DNA from: Moniliella sp. 'wahieum'
Taxonomy: Eukaryota
Assembly: GCA_003971905.1 (NCBI GenBank)
Contig: RSEE01000070.1
Span: forward strand, 310,001 to 361,304
Direction: 5' to 3'
Length of the DNA: 51,304 nucleotides
Below are positions 36,477 through 49,292 of the stretch, piece by piece. How positions within the stretch are numbered: position 1 is the first letter of the stretch; every line of letters starts with the position of its first letter. The notes below the pieces were generated by a model, which saw only the letters and a list, made by a program, of their open reading frames with translations, was not told where the DNA came from and did not search any database. Both the position numbers and the translations under genes were made by a program.

Positions 36477-39267
36477 GCCGAGGGACGTGTTGAACTATCG
36501 AACGGTTGAATTTCTCCATCGCTATACGGTGGAATACGGGGACCAAGTTGGGGCTAAAAGCTAAGTGAAGCCCCGACAATACCAGTCTTACACAATGGCC
36601 CTCAGATCATGGTCATCTCGTGTAATGTTCTAAAAGAGTCGGATATATTGATGGAAGCCCGAAAGCGCCGATGAACACGACTATGACACCTCCTAAAATC
36701 GAGGTTCTAGACCCGTGGACTACACAATTCCATTCAATATTCACAGTCCATATCATATGCGAAACGCTTTGGCTGGACAAAGGAGACACACCGCATGGAC
36801 GCCATACTGGTGTAGTGGCGCCGGTAGCCCCACAAGTCCGGAACCTTCGGGTTCATCGTTCACGTTCATTCCGTGCAATATTCCATCCTGGCGGACAGGA
36901 ATATTCGCTAGCCTCTGTAGCTCATGCATCATGTGCAATGCAATACATACCAACTGCCTGTTCTCTGGTCTAAACACCGTGCCCGCCAGACCGCATATCG
37001 GGTATTCTGTAACCATATCATTTACAGAACTGAAGGCTGTGTGGGACAAAGAAACGCAGCGCTAAACTGATCTGTTCGTCCAGCGTGCGTTGCTTGTTAG
37101 CGTTAGCGCCATCCCGTTTAAGGAACCGCAGGGGAAACACCAGGATATCAGGACCCTCTGGTGCCCGCCATCCGTTCCCATACCCGAGGATGCGCATTTG
37201 GATACGGATGAACGCGGTAGACATCCGAACGGTGAACCATCTCCATTGAGGCTCGCAGTCAATTCCTTCCAGTTCCCAAGCACCTAACCTGCTGTATTGG
37301 TGGCATAGTATCCTCGCGTCGTCAAAACCAACGGGAAAACGATTCTTGGGTACGTCCCTGGTACTTGGCGTTCTTGTCGCATTCTGTTTGTTCCAGCAGC
37401 CGAAGTAACTCAAAGGTGTCGCGGTGCTTTCATATACCACCACGCGGTACGCAGCTTGTACCTCCTGTGTTCCCGAGTCGCAAACACCTCCGCGCCTGAT
37501 TGCTCCAGGTCCCATCACGCGATAGTCAGTGTGTATTGCCTTCCTCCCACGCCTCGCCTCATCCTTTTCCTCCACAGTGGGCTCGTTGTGGACGTGGTTG
37601 TCAGGGATGGAGGCACGAGCTGTGGAGAAGACTCCCGCACTACCTCAGCAATGCGCCAAAATTGTGGACTGTGTGCTGGTGCAAGCCACGATGTGCTCGA
37701 GCGAGGACATGACGCCACACTTGCACATGTTGCCCGTGGAGCGCCACAGCGTGCGGACCTGGAGACCAACCTCTACCTGATTGTCGGGAGCCGGAGGCAC
37801 GGGGCTGATGGAATTGAGGAGAGCCGAATGTGGCTCGGGTTGTTGTGCTCGACCACATTGTGACCGACGGCATCGTCAAAAGCTTCTGGAGCAGTAGTAG
37901 TTGTCGGCTCTTCTACCACATCCTCCGAACAGCGCTGGCGTTGCTTCGTGCTTGCGTTCTCCGTCAGCGTGCGTGCTCCAGATCGGTCAATATAACTGTG
38001 GTTCGTTGACCTCGTTGGCCGCAGCAGTGCGTGGGGCGCAATATAACGAGTAAAGCCGGCTGCGGCATCCTCCTCTCAGAAAAGGCAAGCTGATGAGCAT
38101 GTCGGAATGGTCGTCCTTTGTACCTTGGGATCCTCGTCGCCCTGGATCCGTCTGAACACCGTGCAGATGAAGTATATATACTGCAACCGTCCCGTTCTCC
38201 TTCCAAAAAGTACACCAGGCCATCAGCACGACGTCGTAGAACGATCAGAAAACCTGGTGGCTCCCACCACTCTCCAAGCTATATGTGGCACCAGAGTGTA
38301 TGTGGATGAACGTTGCGGCCCGAAAGCGATGAATTCGAGGGATCTCTCCAAACGAACTAGATCTTTTCTCACCTATATAGCATTTTCCTTACCGTGGTGG
38401 TCAAGTGATCTGGGGTGCTTCCTTGTGTTGGAGAGGAGGGCAGTGCTACCTGACATTCGCACGCCAGCACCTTCCTCCTTCCGCAAAATGAAATGAGCAT
38501 CGTGACAGGCATTATCAAATGCTTACATAATGAGAGCCCGTTGGCCCGCTCGGGAGAGCGGCAGGGCGATGGAGATTGAATATTGACGGGTTTCCCACGC
38601 CAATACGTACATTTCAAAACCGCCGTCCCCCGAACTTGCGCAGCGCAGTTGGTCCTAGCGGGCCATTCACTCGGCCCTTTCAGCTCCACAGCACGCAGTA
38701 TTGCGCCCGTTGCAGGTACGCACGCCTCTCCTTCCACCTCTTCTCGCCCATGTTGCGCCGTCGGCAGCCGCCACCGCAGCCGCCCCGGGCACCTCATCCC
38801 CCTGATGCAGAGCCAGCGGCGGAGCCAGATGCGATCCCCCTTCGACCCCTCGGCCGCTCCAGTGGCGTGGACAATGCCCCTGCTCCTACCCGGCCACCAC
38901 CGACGGCGATGGCGAGCAGGGGCCGCCTTTGCCACAGGACGACGCCTTGGGAGAAGAGTGGACGTGGGAGACGTTTCCCTTCTCGGACATTCTCGCTGCT
39001 TCCTTTGACGGCTTTGCGAATCCAATCGCCCCAACCAAGGCGACCAGGATGAATGGGAGTGGGACGTAAGGCGGTACACTGACCCTTCGCCGTGTTGTGG
39101 GTCATTGTCTTTCTCGGCTTTGTCTTTGGGTTTTCCCACAGGTTACTTTCCCCCTTCTTGGCTGGACCTGGCGACACACTCTTGGCTACCCCTTTCAACC
39201 CGCCTTCAATCTCTCCGCCCCGACCAACAGCAACGTTTCCCTCTCCCCCTGCACTCTCCCGCGCGCA

Positions 39268-39757
39268 ATGCCCTGGCAAACCGAGTTCACCCTTCCCTCC
39301 CATAGCAAGGGCGTGCACCTCGTCACATCCGACGTGGAGGAAGCAATTGCCCGGGTTTGCGCTCGACTCAGATTGGCCTGTTGCACTTGTTTATCAAGCA
39401 CACATCGGCGTCGCTTGCGCTTGGAGAGAACTGGGACAGTGACGTGCGCACGGACATGGATCGCGCCCTGGACCCATTGTGCCTGAGCAAGGTAGTATCA
39501 ATGGGACCACATTGACGAAGGTACGTGCTGCTTACTTGCAGGTTTTCTTTGGATATTTTGCAACGCCCCAACTAATCTCCCATTTGTGTAGGTCTGGACG
39601 ACAGTGTCTCGCACACCAAGAACGCGTTGTTTGGATCCAGCATCCAGATCCCCATTACTAATGGTCGGCTCAACTTAGGTACCTGGCAGGGTATCTATCT
39701 GGCCGAATTCCGGCGCATCACTCACAGACGCCGCATTGTAGCACCATCCTTCCATGA
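39268..39757 (+). CDS. YjbQ/UPF0047 family protein
   Basis: [59 protein letters not shown]; intron ~39520-39590. Confidence 0.9.
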
Positions 39758-41799
39758 TTGTCACGCCAAATCTTTGGACACGGCCGGGGGGGGGGTAGCA
39801 CGGGATGCCTCACTTCTTGAAAATCCAGTCGCTTCTGGCTTTGATCTCGTTCATATGCTCTGTCTGAGCCCTCATTTGAGTCGAGCCGGGCGCCCTGATT
39901 GGTTTCATCATCCATGCCACCCTTGCGTGCCCCCGGCCTCATTGTCCAAGCCCACTATGCATTTTTTGCCACAGTCCACTTATCTTGCACTCGACCTGAT
40001 GAATTCCCCAGTGCTGGTGGACGGACCCAGCAGCATGGAAAATGCATCCATTGATATTGTCCATACTCTCCAAACTAGTTGTGGTCTGCCTGGGCGATGG
40101 TGATTGCGTGGCACGTGATGCGTGGTCGCAGCAGTCCCGCTGGATGAGTTCCTGGTGGAGTTTTACCTGGTGATGTGACCGGATCCCGATGCCAAGCGAG
40201 ACAGCAATCAAGAACTGGGCCAATAGACGATAGGGATTGATTGCTGGTGAGCGATAGTAGAGAGTAGCGGAGAGGGAGGAGGAGGAGGGAGTGGAAGAGG
40301 GAAAACTAAGAGCTACGACTGCCGGGGCTGCTAGATAGGAGGCCAGTCAGCCAGCCACATTTCCGCCCGAGCGGAACTAGCGGAGCTAGCCGCTGGATTG
40401 AAGTGGCTGGGAGCGCCAGAGTCCGGCTATGCCTTTGGCACACCGCACTAGTGTCCCAACACTGGCCTAGTATAGCCCTCTCAGATCTCATTGTTCAGTG
40501 TGGTGATGCACCGTTTGCTAGAGTGCGACTTGGGCACTAGCGATCCTATGGATCAGCTGCAAAGCAGCGTTCAGACAAGGCGCGAAGGCAAAGTGGTGAG
40601 CCACCCAAGTCTTCAAAAGCAACGTTTGAAGGGATAAGGAGACAGGAGGGAGAAGGGAGATGGAGCGAGCAAGGCGTGCGCGGCCTGCGAGCGGAATTCT
40701 TCCGCAGCGAGCGTCACCGATCTACTGAGGGCCGTGCAGGGGAATCCTAGCACTAAGTACCCTCTAACACCATTCGCTGGTACCACGGTCGTCATAGCTG
40801 GCAATGAATAGCCTGTCGTTTACCCAACTTAATCGATAATCCTGCATCGGTTTTGCGATTTGCTCTTTTTTTGCCAGCCCCCAAGCCCATTAGGTGCGTT
40901 GTAGCAGGGCTTGGATCCGTTCCAGGTCGCCATTATATGGATCGATCCGGCGGATGTAATTTAGCATCCACAGTGTGGCAGTTCTATCCACAGTCTCCAG
41001 CAAATTCATTTGGGTACTAACCGGCCACCTGTCAGTATGGTCCCCGGCACATTCGCCTGGACTCGTTCTGTCCGCGCTCCTCGTTCTCTATGCGACCTTC
41101 GATCACATTCTGCTGCTGCCTACCGCACCACGCCTCCTTACCCCCCACCGCCCCCCACACCCCCCCAGGCCCGCATCGCAACTGTTCAGCTGGCGTCCAC
41201 GTTTGCCTCCCTAAGTCAAAGCGCGGCACGCATCCAAAATGCGGCATGCGTCCAACAACTTCTCCAGAACGCCGCCGTCTCCCAGCCAGGGCAGGCCACC
41301 TTGCTTGCCCTTCCGAGATGGCGCTAGTTAGCTACAAATCTCAGGTTCTGCACCGATCGAATCTGTCCTCGAGTCGATCTCTACCGATGCTCTGCGTCTT
41401 CCAATGAACCGGCCTTGTCACTTGCCCGGAAGTTGACCACGGGCTGCGGACGCTCGGCGTTCTTGTCTCTCTTCCCTCACCGTTTTGCCTTATCGCCCTT
41501 GACTCATCCGATCCTGTCTTTGTCCTTTTGACAGCTCGGCTATAAACGCAGGCCAGTGCCGGATTCACTCCTGGATGGATTATCGATTATCGTCCATTTC
41601 CCTCATCTCGTTCTTGGTTGTCTGGTGAGGAGCCACACTTAAGGGATCAAAACTCGTTTATGGTGCAGGGCCATATATGTCAATAACAAAATAACAATGA
41701 CGAAAGAAGAGAAGCACAAGTTGAGTATAGATTGAACGGCGTAGAACTGTAAGAACTTGTTGGAGCAAGGTGTATTAACATATTGTAGTTTAGCACTTT

Positions 41800-43646
41800 T
41801 CACGAGAGCGGTCCCCCGGTGAGTAGACCTCGAACGAGTGAGTAAGCAAGACCATTTTCATGGCACGCGCAATACCGCAGGCTGGATTTCTTCACCTTGT
41901 CAACGACTCACGGGGTAAGAACTGGCGGTGGCTGTGGAACGCTGGTAGCAGCAGAGCTCGTAGCGCTCGCAGTAACCGTGATACCACCTGCAGCCGTGAG
42001 TGGGCCATCACCGTCGGGCCCCATGTAAGTCGCGGTCGCCACCCCCCCTGTACCAGATGCAACAGGGGCTGAGAAGAGGGGGTTGCCCAATCGATCCCTG
42101 CGCCTGTTACTGGCTCGGTCGTTTCGAAGACATCGGTGGTGAAATCCCAAAGGGACTGGGCAACCTGGGTGTTGGAGATGAACGATGCATTCACTGGCAT
42201 GGTCTGGGCCGTCGTACCGTTTTTAAGCGCAGCAATCCCAACTTGAGGGCCTTGCGGGCCCACTTGAAAAGCAGTAAAGTATGACTTGAGAAAAGTATCT
42301 CCCAGAATGAAATTGGGAGCGTCATCACCCAAATCTGGACCGGCAAAAATGGCACCAACGCACATTGTACCCTCGTCGTCGGCCGGACCGTGGCTGAAAT
42401 CAGCGGGATCGATTGGGTATACCGTTCCACCCAATGTGAACGACAGCTCCACCTGGGTTTCACAAGGGAATGCGAAATTCTGGGCTGATGAACTTGATGA
42501 ACCACCATCACCCTGGATAGTGGTTGCCCCAGGGATAGCGTTATACACGGCTAATGCCACGTCCGGTGGCACACTGATCAAACTTGTTCCTTTTGACAGA
42601 AAACCACACAAACAAAAGGTCAGCACCTGAAAAAAAGCTGGCAGCGCCACAGATACCAACGGTTAGAGAAGAGGATGAACCTACCTGAGTCCATGAGCGC
42701 CCACGACTGCTGCAAAGGAGCAGTACTCTCACCCAATGTGATTGCGTCCAGGGGGATAGCCCAATGAACATTTTCCACCGTTTGATCCAGTTAATGTCGC
42801 CCGAATACTGACTGGCGTCAATCTCGCCTAAGGTGAAAGTGCCTCCTGGTGTCTCATCGGTATCGTTCTGAACAGCTGGGTTGCGTGCCATTTGAAATGA
42901 AAAGGCCGGAGTGATGGAGTGCAACTCGGCGAGCACCATCCAGAACGGAGTAATGCCCATGGTGCCCAATCCAGGAAGACCCATGCCCATGAGACCTGAA
43001 TTGGGTGGAAAGAAGGGACTCTGGGTCATGTCGGATGCGACACAAAGGAAAGAGAATCGACAACAGATCCTGCCAACTCAACGCGATCCGAGACCAGGGT
43101 CCCCTGGGCGTCGCCTTTGCCATACGAATCCTCCCAAGGCTCGTTTGAATACTCTAGCGTCGTGGAATCGCCCGTAACAAACTTGGTGTAGGGGCGGCAC
43201 GAATCGCTGGCGCATTGGTCGCTGACAATCCACAAATCGGAACTTCCCGTGTCGAGTACGACTTTCAGAGTTTGAGGGGGGGTACCAAAACTCACGGGGG
43301 CGTAGTAAGCGATGTCGGGTCCGGTGTCGGTCAGCGCAGTACGCTGGCGCTTTGATAGGAGATCAGGAGTTCCCTGGTTGGCACGAGCGGTAGCAGGAGC
43401 ACCATTGCGTTTCTGATACTTGGCCTGTAGGCGCGCGACCTCGGCCTCGAAGCGGGCGACAGACTCGCGCGCGCTTAGATGACCGCGCTTGCCGTTGGCG
43501 TGAGCGTTAGAAGAGGAGCGATGCAAGGGCATGGTCAGACGCTTGAGCGGTTGGGGCTTGCTGGTTTGCTCCTGCCCCATGGGCAAGGCGCCAACCCGAG
43601 CGCTCGCGGCAATATAGGCGAAGATGACGAACAAAGCGAGGCGCAT
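41800..43646 (-). CDS. secreted pepsin-family (A1) aspartic protease with a Ser/Thr-rich tail
   Basis: signal peptide MRLALFVIFAYIAA, KR propeptide site, VVLDTGSSDLW, GLMGMG, second catalytic DS|GTSLI split by an intron (~42590-42685), ILGDTFLK; end approximate. Confidence 0.92.
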
Positions 43647-44118
43647 TGGAGTGTGGCTGTGAGCGAGGCGTCGCGGGGCAAAGCACGTTCGACTATATAT
43701 CGATGGAGGGCTGGCTGGTACTACGGTGCGGGCATCAAAAGGGAGGGTTCACAAGAGCAGCTGCTGCGGAGACGAGCTGGATGTGAGACGTCAGTATGTA
43801 CATACCTTGCGAACCAACGAAGGGCGTGACAGTGCCGAGTCCCGATTGGCTGGGCCTCTGCTGGGGCTGCGCACTACCGCAGTCGGATGTCTCGGCGTGC
43901 AGCGCCGGACGCACCGAGACGCTCGGCGCAGCCGCGCAGTGTCCGGCACTGGGCGCATTGCTGGGGCCGATGTCGAAGCCGAGGGAGGGCGAACGGAGGT
44001 GCCTGGACGTGCTTGGCGCTGGAAGGACTACAAACACAGGTCAGATGTGCATCGACGGTCGACACAGCCGCCCTGCCGGCGAATAAGGCGCCTAAAAAGC
44101 CAGGAACAAGAGGCTACG

Positions 44119-44445
44119 TCATGCATCATGCACCATGATGCATGAAGGGGGGCTCAGAAACGAGATAATAGGACTCTCACAGCACTTGGACGCACTCGGT
44201 GTAGTCCTGACTAGTGACTTTTAGCGGTTAGCGGAATAGGGTCCTTTGCGCCTCAGTGCCTCAGGGCGCCTTCTCTATTAATTAGCGCTTATCGAATATC
44301 GGTTATCGGTTGCCAATTATATCTCGATTGCTTGGGCATGGCGCAACCCCCCTGTTTTTCTTCCCCGGAGATGGGATGGAATACTGAGCACACGGTGTAC
44401 TTGACTCCTACAGGCGTCAGGCTGACGCCTGAGGTAATTATAATT
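44119..44445. repeat. 7-bp palindromic arrays upstream of the protease
   Basis: tcatgcatcatgcaccatgatgcatga; tgactagtga; ttagcggttagcgg; ttagcgctta. Confidence 0.75.
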
Positions 44446-45734
44446 CTCTGACAGGCTGAGTTTCCCACCATGATTCAAGCCAGCTGCCGACTATGAAGAC
44501 AATGCCAAGCAGTTCTGATTTCTATAGTTGTACTGCCCGGTTTCACGTCGGGCCGGTAAGTGTAAGCACATGGGTGATGTGACGTCAACCCAAAGGCAAA
44601 AGATCGCGGAGGCCAAGTGAGCACATCCCACTATATATACTGACACCATATAATGTCTTGAAGCCTTTTAAGGCGTGGACAACGAAACACTGCGCCTATA
44701 AACCGGCCTGCTCACCCACAGCCTGTGTGTTGCTTGCTGGTACCAAACCCGGTTAGGAAACGAGAGGACCGCACGGCTGCGGACTTTGTATATGAAATTT
44801 CCATGTTCTGTGGCTCTTAGGGTTTAAAGCATGTTGTTTTCCTATATGGGACATTAATTCCTTAGTGTTTTCCCAGAATCAGCGCCGTAGCATTCATCTA
44901 TTTGCCAGTATAGTGCATCCGCTTGGAAATATCCATAGTGAGAAGGCAGAACCTGGGGGAAATAGTGAGGAAAAGAGAGGCTCGAAGTGGAAATCGAATC
45001 CATGAAACCGCCGATTGTGGTCAGGGATGCATTACCATGACTACGCTATCGAGCCGCGATAGTAGGAGCAGCTGTAGGATCACAAAGTCTCCCCTGCGAA
45101 AGCACAAACCAAAAGGGTAGAAGGCGAACAAGGCAGACAATCTCCTCCACTGTTATTATAGCTTGCATGCTAGCTACTAATATATCAGCGCCACTGATGT
45201 TCCAGTGCTCGACTATATACCCAACAGAGAGAGTCTTGTCTTCGTCGCTGGTGGTCGATACACCTGCTTCACAGTTGATGCAGCATTCCTATTCAGACTC
45301 TTCATCTTAGTTGGTAGCGTCCAAAACAGATGCGTGGGACGGGGGAATGGTCAGCGTAATGAGCCTACGCCGTCTCGCGCCCTCCTGGCGGAATGATGAA
45401 GGAGCAGCACCCACAGCAGCCCGGCGACGTTGAGCTATAACTTGGATCGTGTGTCGACATCGCGCTGCTCTGTGCTCGCTTGTCCCAGGCGCAAATCGAG
45501 GTTGCCGTGGCCATTTGGAGGGGTTTTCAATGCGTACTCCCCCAGGACATGCTTGAGATGTGCAACGTGCCGATGAATATAGTACCGATTCAAACCAAGA
45601 TTTGGTTGATGCCGATGGCTTTTGAAGTAACGTATCCTCTGTCAGGCAATGCACGCGCGGTTAGCCTCGAGCAACCATTGAATCGCCAAATGCTTTGCGG
45701 AGGGGGAGTGCCAAGCGTTCGTTTGGCCCTGATC

Positions 45735-46511
45735 TCAGCCAAGCATTGAGCGCTCAGATTCGCTGCACCGGGGGGGCAAGGCAATTGCACGAATCCGCCG
45801 TTTCTTCCAGCTTGCCCAAGTCGCGAACAGAGAGGATACGCACGTCCAGACTGGTGGATCCGAGAGGGTAGCGGTCAACAGGCTTGCCACCTGCACCTCT
45901 GTCACGCCCCATCCCTCGTCGACAGGAAGCAGCTCCAGAAGGACATAAAGAAGACCCAGAGCTGAAGCCTTCTGTTCCTGGCTACCCTGTTCAATGTGCT
46001 GAATCAAACTTGGGACCAGCTGGGGCCACGCACCATCCGCCAGCTCAACAAATCGCCCCGACCACCTGGGCCACCCACGAGCGCAGATTCGAAGGCAGCG
46101 ACGCTTCTTCCACTGGCAGCCAGACGAAGTAGCCTGACTTTCATGCCCTCCCGCATATCGGAAGACAATGTGGACCATGCTTCGGGCACGCGTTTCTGTA
46201 GCCCCAACGCAGCACTTTGCCGCACACCATCTTCGGGAGCCTCGATCAGGATCTGGTACAACGCAGGCACCAAGGCAGGGTCGCTGGCCAGCGCGCCCAA
46301 TCCCTCCTCCGCCGCCTTGACTGTGGCAGTGTCGGGTGGAGTGTCTGGCCGAGCAGCGAATGCATCGCCACACGTACTCGGGAGCCGCAGCCGTGATGAG
46401 AAGAGGCGGGACGACGGTGCCAGGAGGCGGACCGAAAAAGTCAAGTCGGCAGGTGTTGTTGTTTTCTGCCGGCTGCCCAAAAAAAAAAAAAACACACTCA
46501 CCAATTGACAT
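45735..46511 (-). CDS. N-terminal fragment of an importin-beta (Kap123/importin-4-like) protein; truncated or pseudogene
   Basis: ATGTCAATTG|GTGAGT intron, then PDTATVKAA...VPALYQIL...DGVRQSAALGLQKRV...WPQLVPSL HEAT repeats; similarity appears to be lost after ~45780. Confidence 0.7.
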   Translation of the reverse strand: MSIGECVFFFFGQPAENNNTCRLDFFGPPPGTVVPPLLITAAAPEYVWRCIRCSARHSTRHCHSQGGGGGIGRAGQRPCLGACVVPDPDRGSRRWCAAKCCVGATETRARSMVHIVFRYAGGHESQATSSGCQWKKRRCLRICARGWPRWSGRFVELADGAWPQLVPSLIQHIEQGSQEQKASALGLLYVLLELLPVDEGWGVTEVQVASLLTATLSDPPVWTCVSSLFATWASWKKRRIRAIALPPRCSESERSMLG

Positions 46512-46736
46512 TTCTGTCTAACAGTTTACCTCCAGTTTTTAGTCGCGCCTGGCTTAATTTACCCTGTCTGTGCTCAGTCATCCAAGTCATCGCAGGCCAC
46601 CGCCGACATCATTTTAGCGACTCGCCTCGGACATCTCGGCCCTCTCCTCTCCCCACACCCTCCACCGTTTGTGCCGGCGTACATGTCGGCCCATTCTAAT
46701 ACATTCATCATACCTTCTGGAAACAGAGAATCACAA

Positions 46737-48602
46737 TCAAAGCTTCGCTTTTTGAGCCTCCGCCTTGAGACGGTCACGCAAAACACGATGCAGGATCTTG
46801 CCCGAGGGCTACAGCAAGCCAAGACAACCGCGAGTCAGTCCCCCCGCGTATTCGCCTCACCCCAGCCATGGAATACAAAAGACGTACCTCTTTGGGATTG
46901 CTTCTATGATCTTGACTCCACCTTGAAGACGCTTGTAGTGTGCCACCTTGCGATCGACGAACATACGCGTCTCAAGACCTAAGAACATTTCGTCCTTGAC
47001 TCGGGTTTGGGTACAATGAATGCCAGAGGATACTCGGTTGCCTTCTCCTCCACCACTAGGGGGACAACGGCACAGTCAGCCACCTTGTGGAAACTGAGGA
47101 TGATTGCTTCGAGCTCGGCTGGAGCCACTCTGAATCAAGAAAGGTTAGCATCCACACAAAGAGCAGATTTGCCCTCACACATTCTCTCACAGAAGCGTGC
47201 AAGGGCAAAATGTGACACGAGGAAAAAGGAAACGTACTGTCGGCCTCCTACCTTGATGAGATCCTTTGATCTCCCCGACAGGTACACCTCTCCCTCCTTG
47301 ACATAGCCTAAGTCTCCTGTACGGAACCACCCATCATGGAAAGCATCTCGCGTAGCTTCAGGACTGTTCAAGTAGCCCATAAACACATTGGGCCCACGAA
47401 TCCAAATCTCCCCTTCCAGCGTGGCCCCATTCACTCCTTTTCCCTCTGTGAATCCCACATCCTTCCCACTGTCGAGTTCAACCAAGCGAAGCTCAATGCC
47501 AGGGAGAAGACGACCAGAGCACGATGGATTCTCCTTCATATCGGGACCAAACGATGTCTTGCTCAGGGCGATCGATGTCTCGCTCAGCGCATACCCCTGG
47601 CCTATCTTGACCCCCAGACGAGACCGCACTTGATTCGCTAGCTCCCCCGACAGAGGTGCCGCCCCACAGAGAATGTACTTGACAGAATAGGTCAAACTGG
47701 TCCAACAAGGGCTCTTGGCCAGCAGCACCATGACGGGTGGCACGGCAGCAATGTAAGTAATTTTGTGCTGCTCAATCGCCTGCCCCATCTGGACCAAGTC
47801 AAACTGACGACCGATAATGGTGGGGGAACCAGAACGGAACGCACGAAAGATGAACATGATCAACGCATAACCGTGGTACATCGGCAAGTTGCATAAATAC
47901 CGCTCCTCCCCTAGGGGAGCCCTGATTCGAGCATGACCAAGGCAGCACTTAGGTGCGGTGGGAAAGAAGTGTACCCTTCATGCGCCCTGTGGTGCCCGAC
48001 GATGAATGATCGCGGCCGCAGTGGTCTCGGGAGAGGGAACTGGATGGACCGGCAGCACTTTCGTTGGTCCAGCACGTGCGCAAGTCCTTCTCCCCTTGGG
48101 GCCCTGATGTCATCGCCTCCTCGTCAGATAACAGCCAGACTGTTTGGCTCTCCGTGGCCTGGGGGTGCTTTGCCATCTCCAACCAGCCCGGACTCGTTCC
48201 AAACCCTGGCTCGCAGGAGAAGCCACAACATACTGACCTTGGCATCGGCAAAAGGGTGGCTAAGCTCTTCGGCGACTAATGCAGTGCCAATGGGGACAGG
48301 GACGACACCAGCAACGAGACGGGCGTGGATCAGAACGGGATACCAGATCGAGTTGTCGCATACAATCGCAATTGTCTCGCCGGGAGCAAGACCCAGGGTG
48401 TGCCGCAGGGCATGGGCCAGCTGATCGGCCAAGGCGATCACTTGCCGTACTGCAATGTCTGGCGGCCATCGAGGGTGGTGAAGACGGGCGCGTCAGGGGC
48501 TATCTCGTCCCGACCGGAGCGGAGCAGGTGCACCAAATTTCCTTCGGGAAGGGGCGGCAGCTCCTGAGGCGAACGCAAGATCTGGGGGGAAAGGGCGGCC
48601 AT
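46737..48602 (-). CDS. 4-coumarate-CoA-ligase-like AMP-dependent acyl-CoA ligase, peroxisomal (PTS1 AKL)
   Basis: SSGTTG, LPMYHGY, GQGYALSET, GEIWIRGPNVFMGY, GWFRTGDLG, GRSKDLIKVGG, ends KILHRVLRDRLKAEAQKAKL*. Confidence 0.92.
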
Positions 48603-49117
48603 GGGGGAGCAAGAAAGGGGCAGAGATTTGGTGAGGCTGGGGGAGGGAAGTGTGGAAGGAGGGGGCGAGAGATTTATTTTGGTTGGGGCAAAGACTGCTC
48701 TGATTGTGGAGCGTCGCGAACCAACGTCCAACGCTTAACAGCATCCCTGAATGCTCGCTGATCCGCATCTCTCACGAACTATAGTCTTTTTGGTTGGGAG
48801 AATAGGATGGAGGAGCCCCACAAGTTGCGACAAGCGAAGAGGAGGGGACAACAAGCAGCTTCACACACCCCGCGCAAATAAATGGCCGTGGTGGGGTTAG
48901 CGCAGCAGCCACGCGGGGTAAACATATTACGTACGCTGTACGTTCGGACTAGGATGTGTGCCCACACGAACTAATCATTAATTAGGTTGGCCCCGTGCAA
49001 TGACCAAGCGGCAACTGCGGGTGGGGACGAGAGGGGCCAATTTCCGCTCGCAGCCAGAGCTGATGAGACCTGGAGTCCGGATGGTCCTCGAGGGTGATGC
49101 AATCGCACTGATGGTGG

Positions 49118-49292
49118 TGTTGGTCTAAGCCAACCAGCAACGCCTACTGAGGAACATCATGCAGCGAGTCGCCACCAGGGGCTAAGCTGCGGAGAACAAG
49201 GAAAAACAGGAGAGAAAAACAATGGAACTCCTAGGCCTGAGGAGGAACTGAAAGGACATTGGCCAAAGCACGAGCCACCCGGTGGCTCAACA
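49118..49292 (-). repeat. 3' LTR of the copia element (175 bp)
   Basis: TGTTG...CAACA termini, immediately preceded on the minus strand by a G7 polypurine tract (49293-49299). Confidence 0.75.

Noticed and set aside
38369..39318. Minus-strand ORFs of 174-256 aa next to YjbQ
   Set aside because: Non-ATG or doubtful starts, no recognisable motifs, and long ORFs arise easily by chance at this GC content.
39939..41568. Short ORFs between YjbQ and the protease
   Set aside because: No family motif or consistent exon structure that I can support.
12844..48602. Aminotransferase, permease and CoA ligase as a secondary-metabolite cluster
   Set aside because: They are spread over 35 kb among housekeeping genes and there is no backbone enzyme (NRPS, PKS or terpene synthase).
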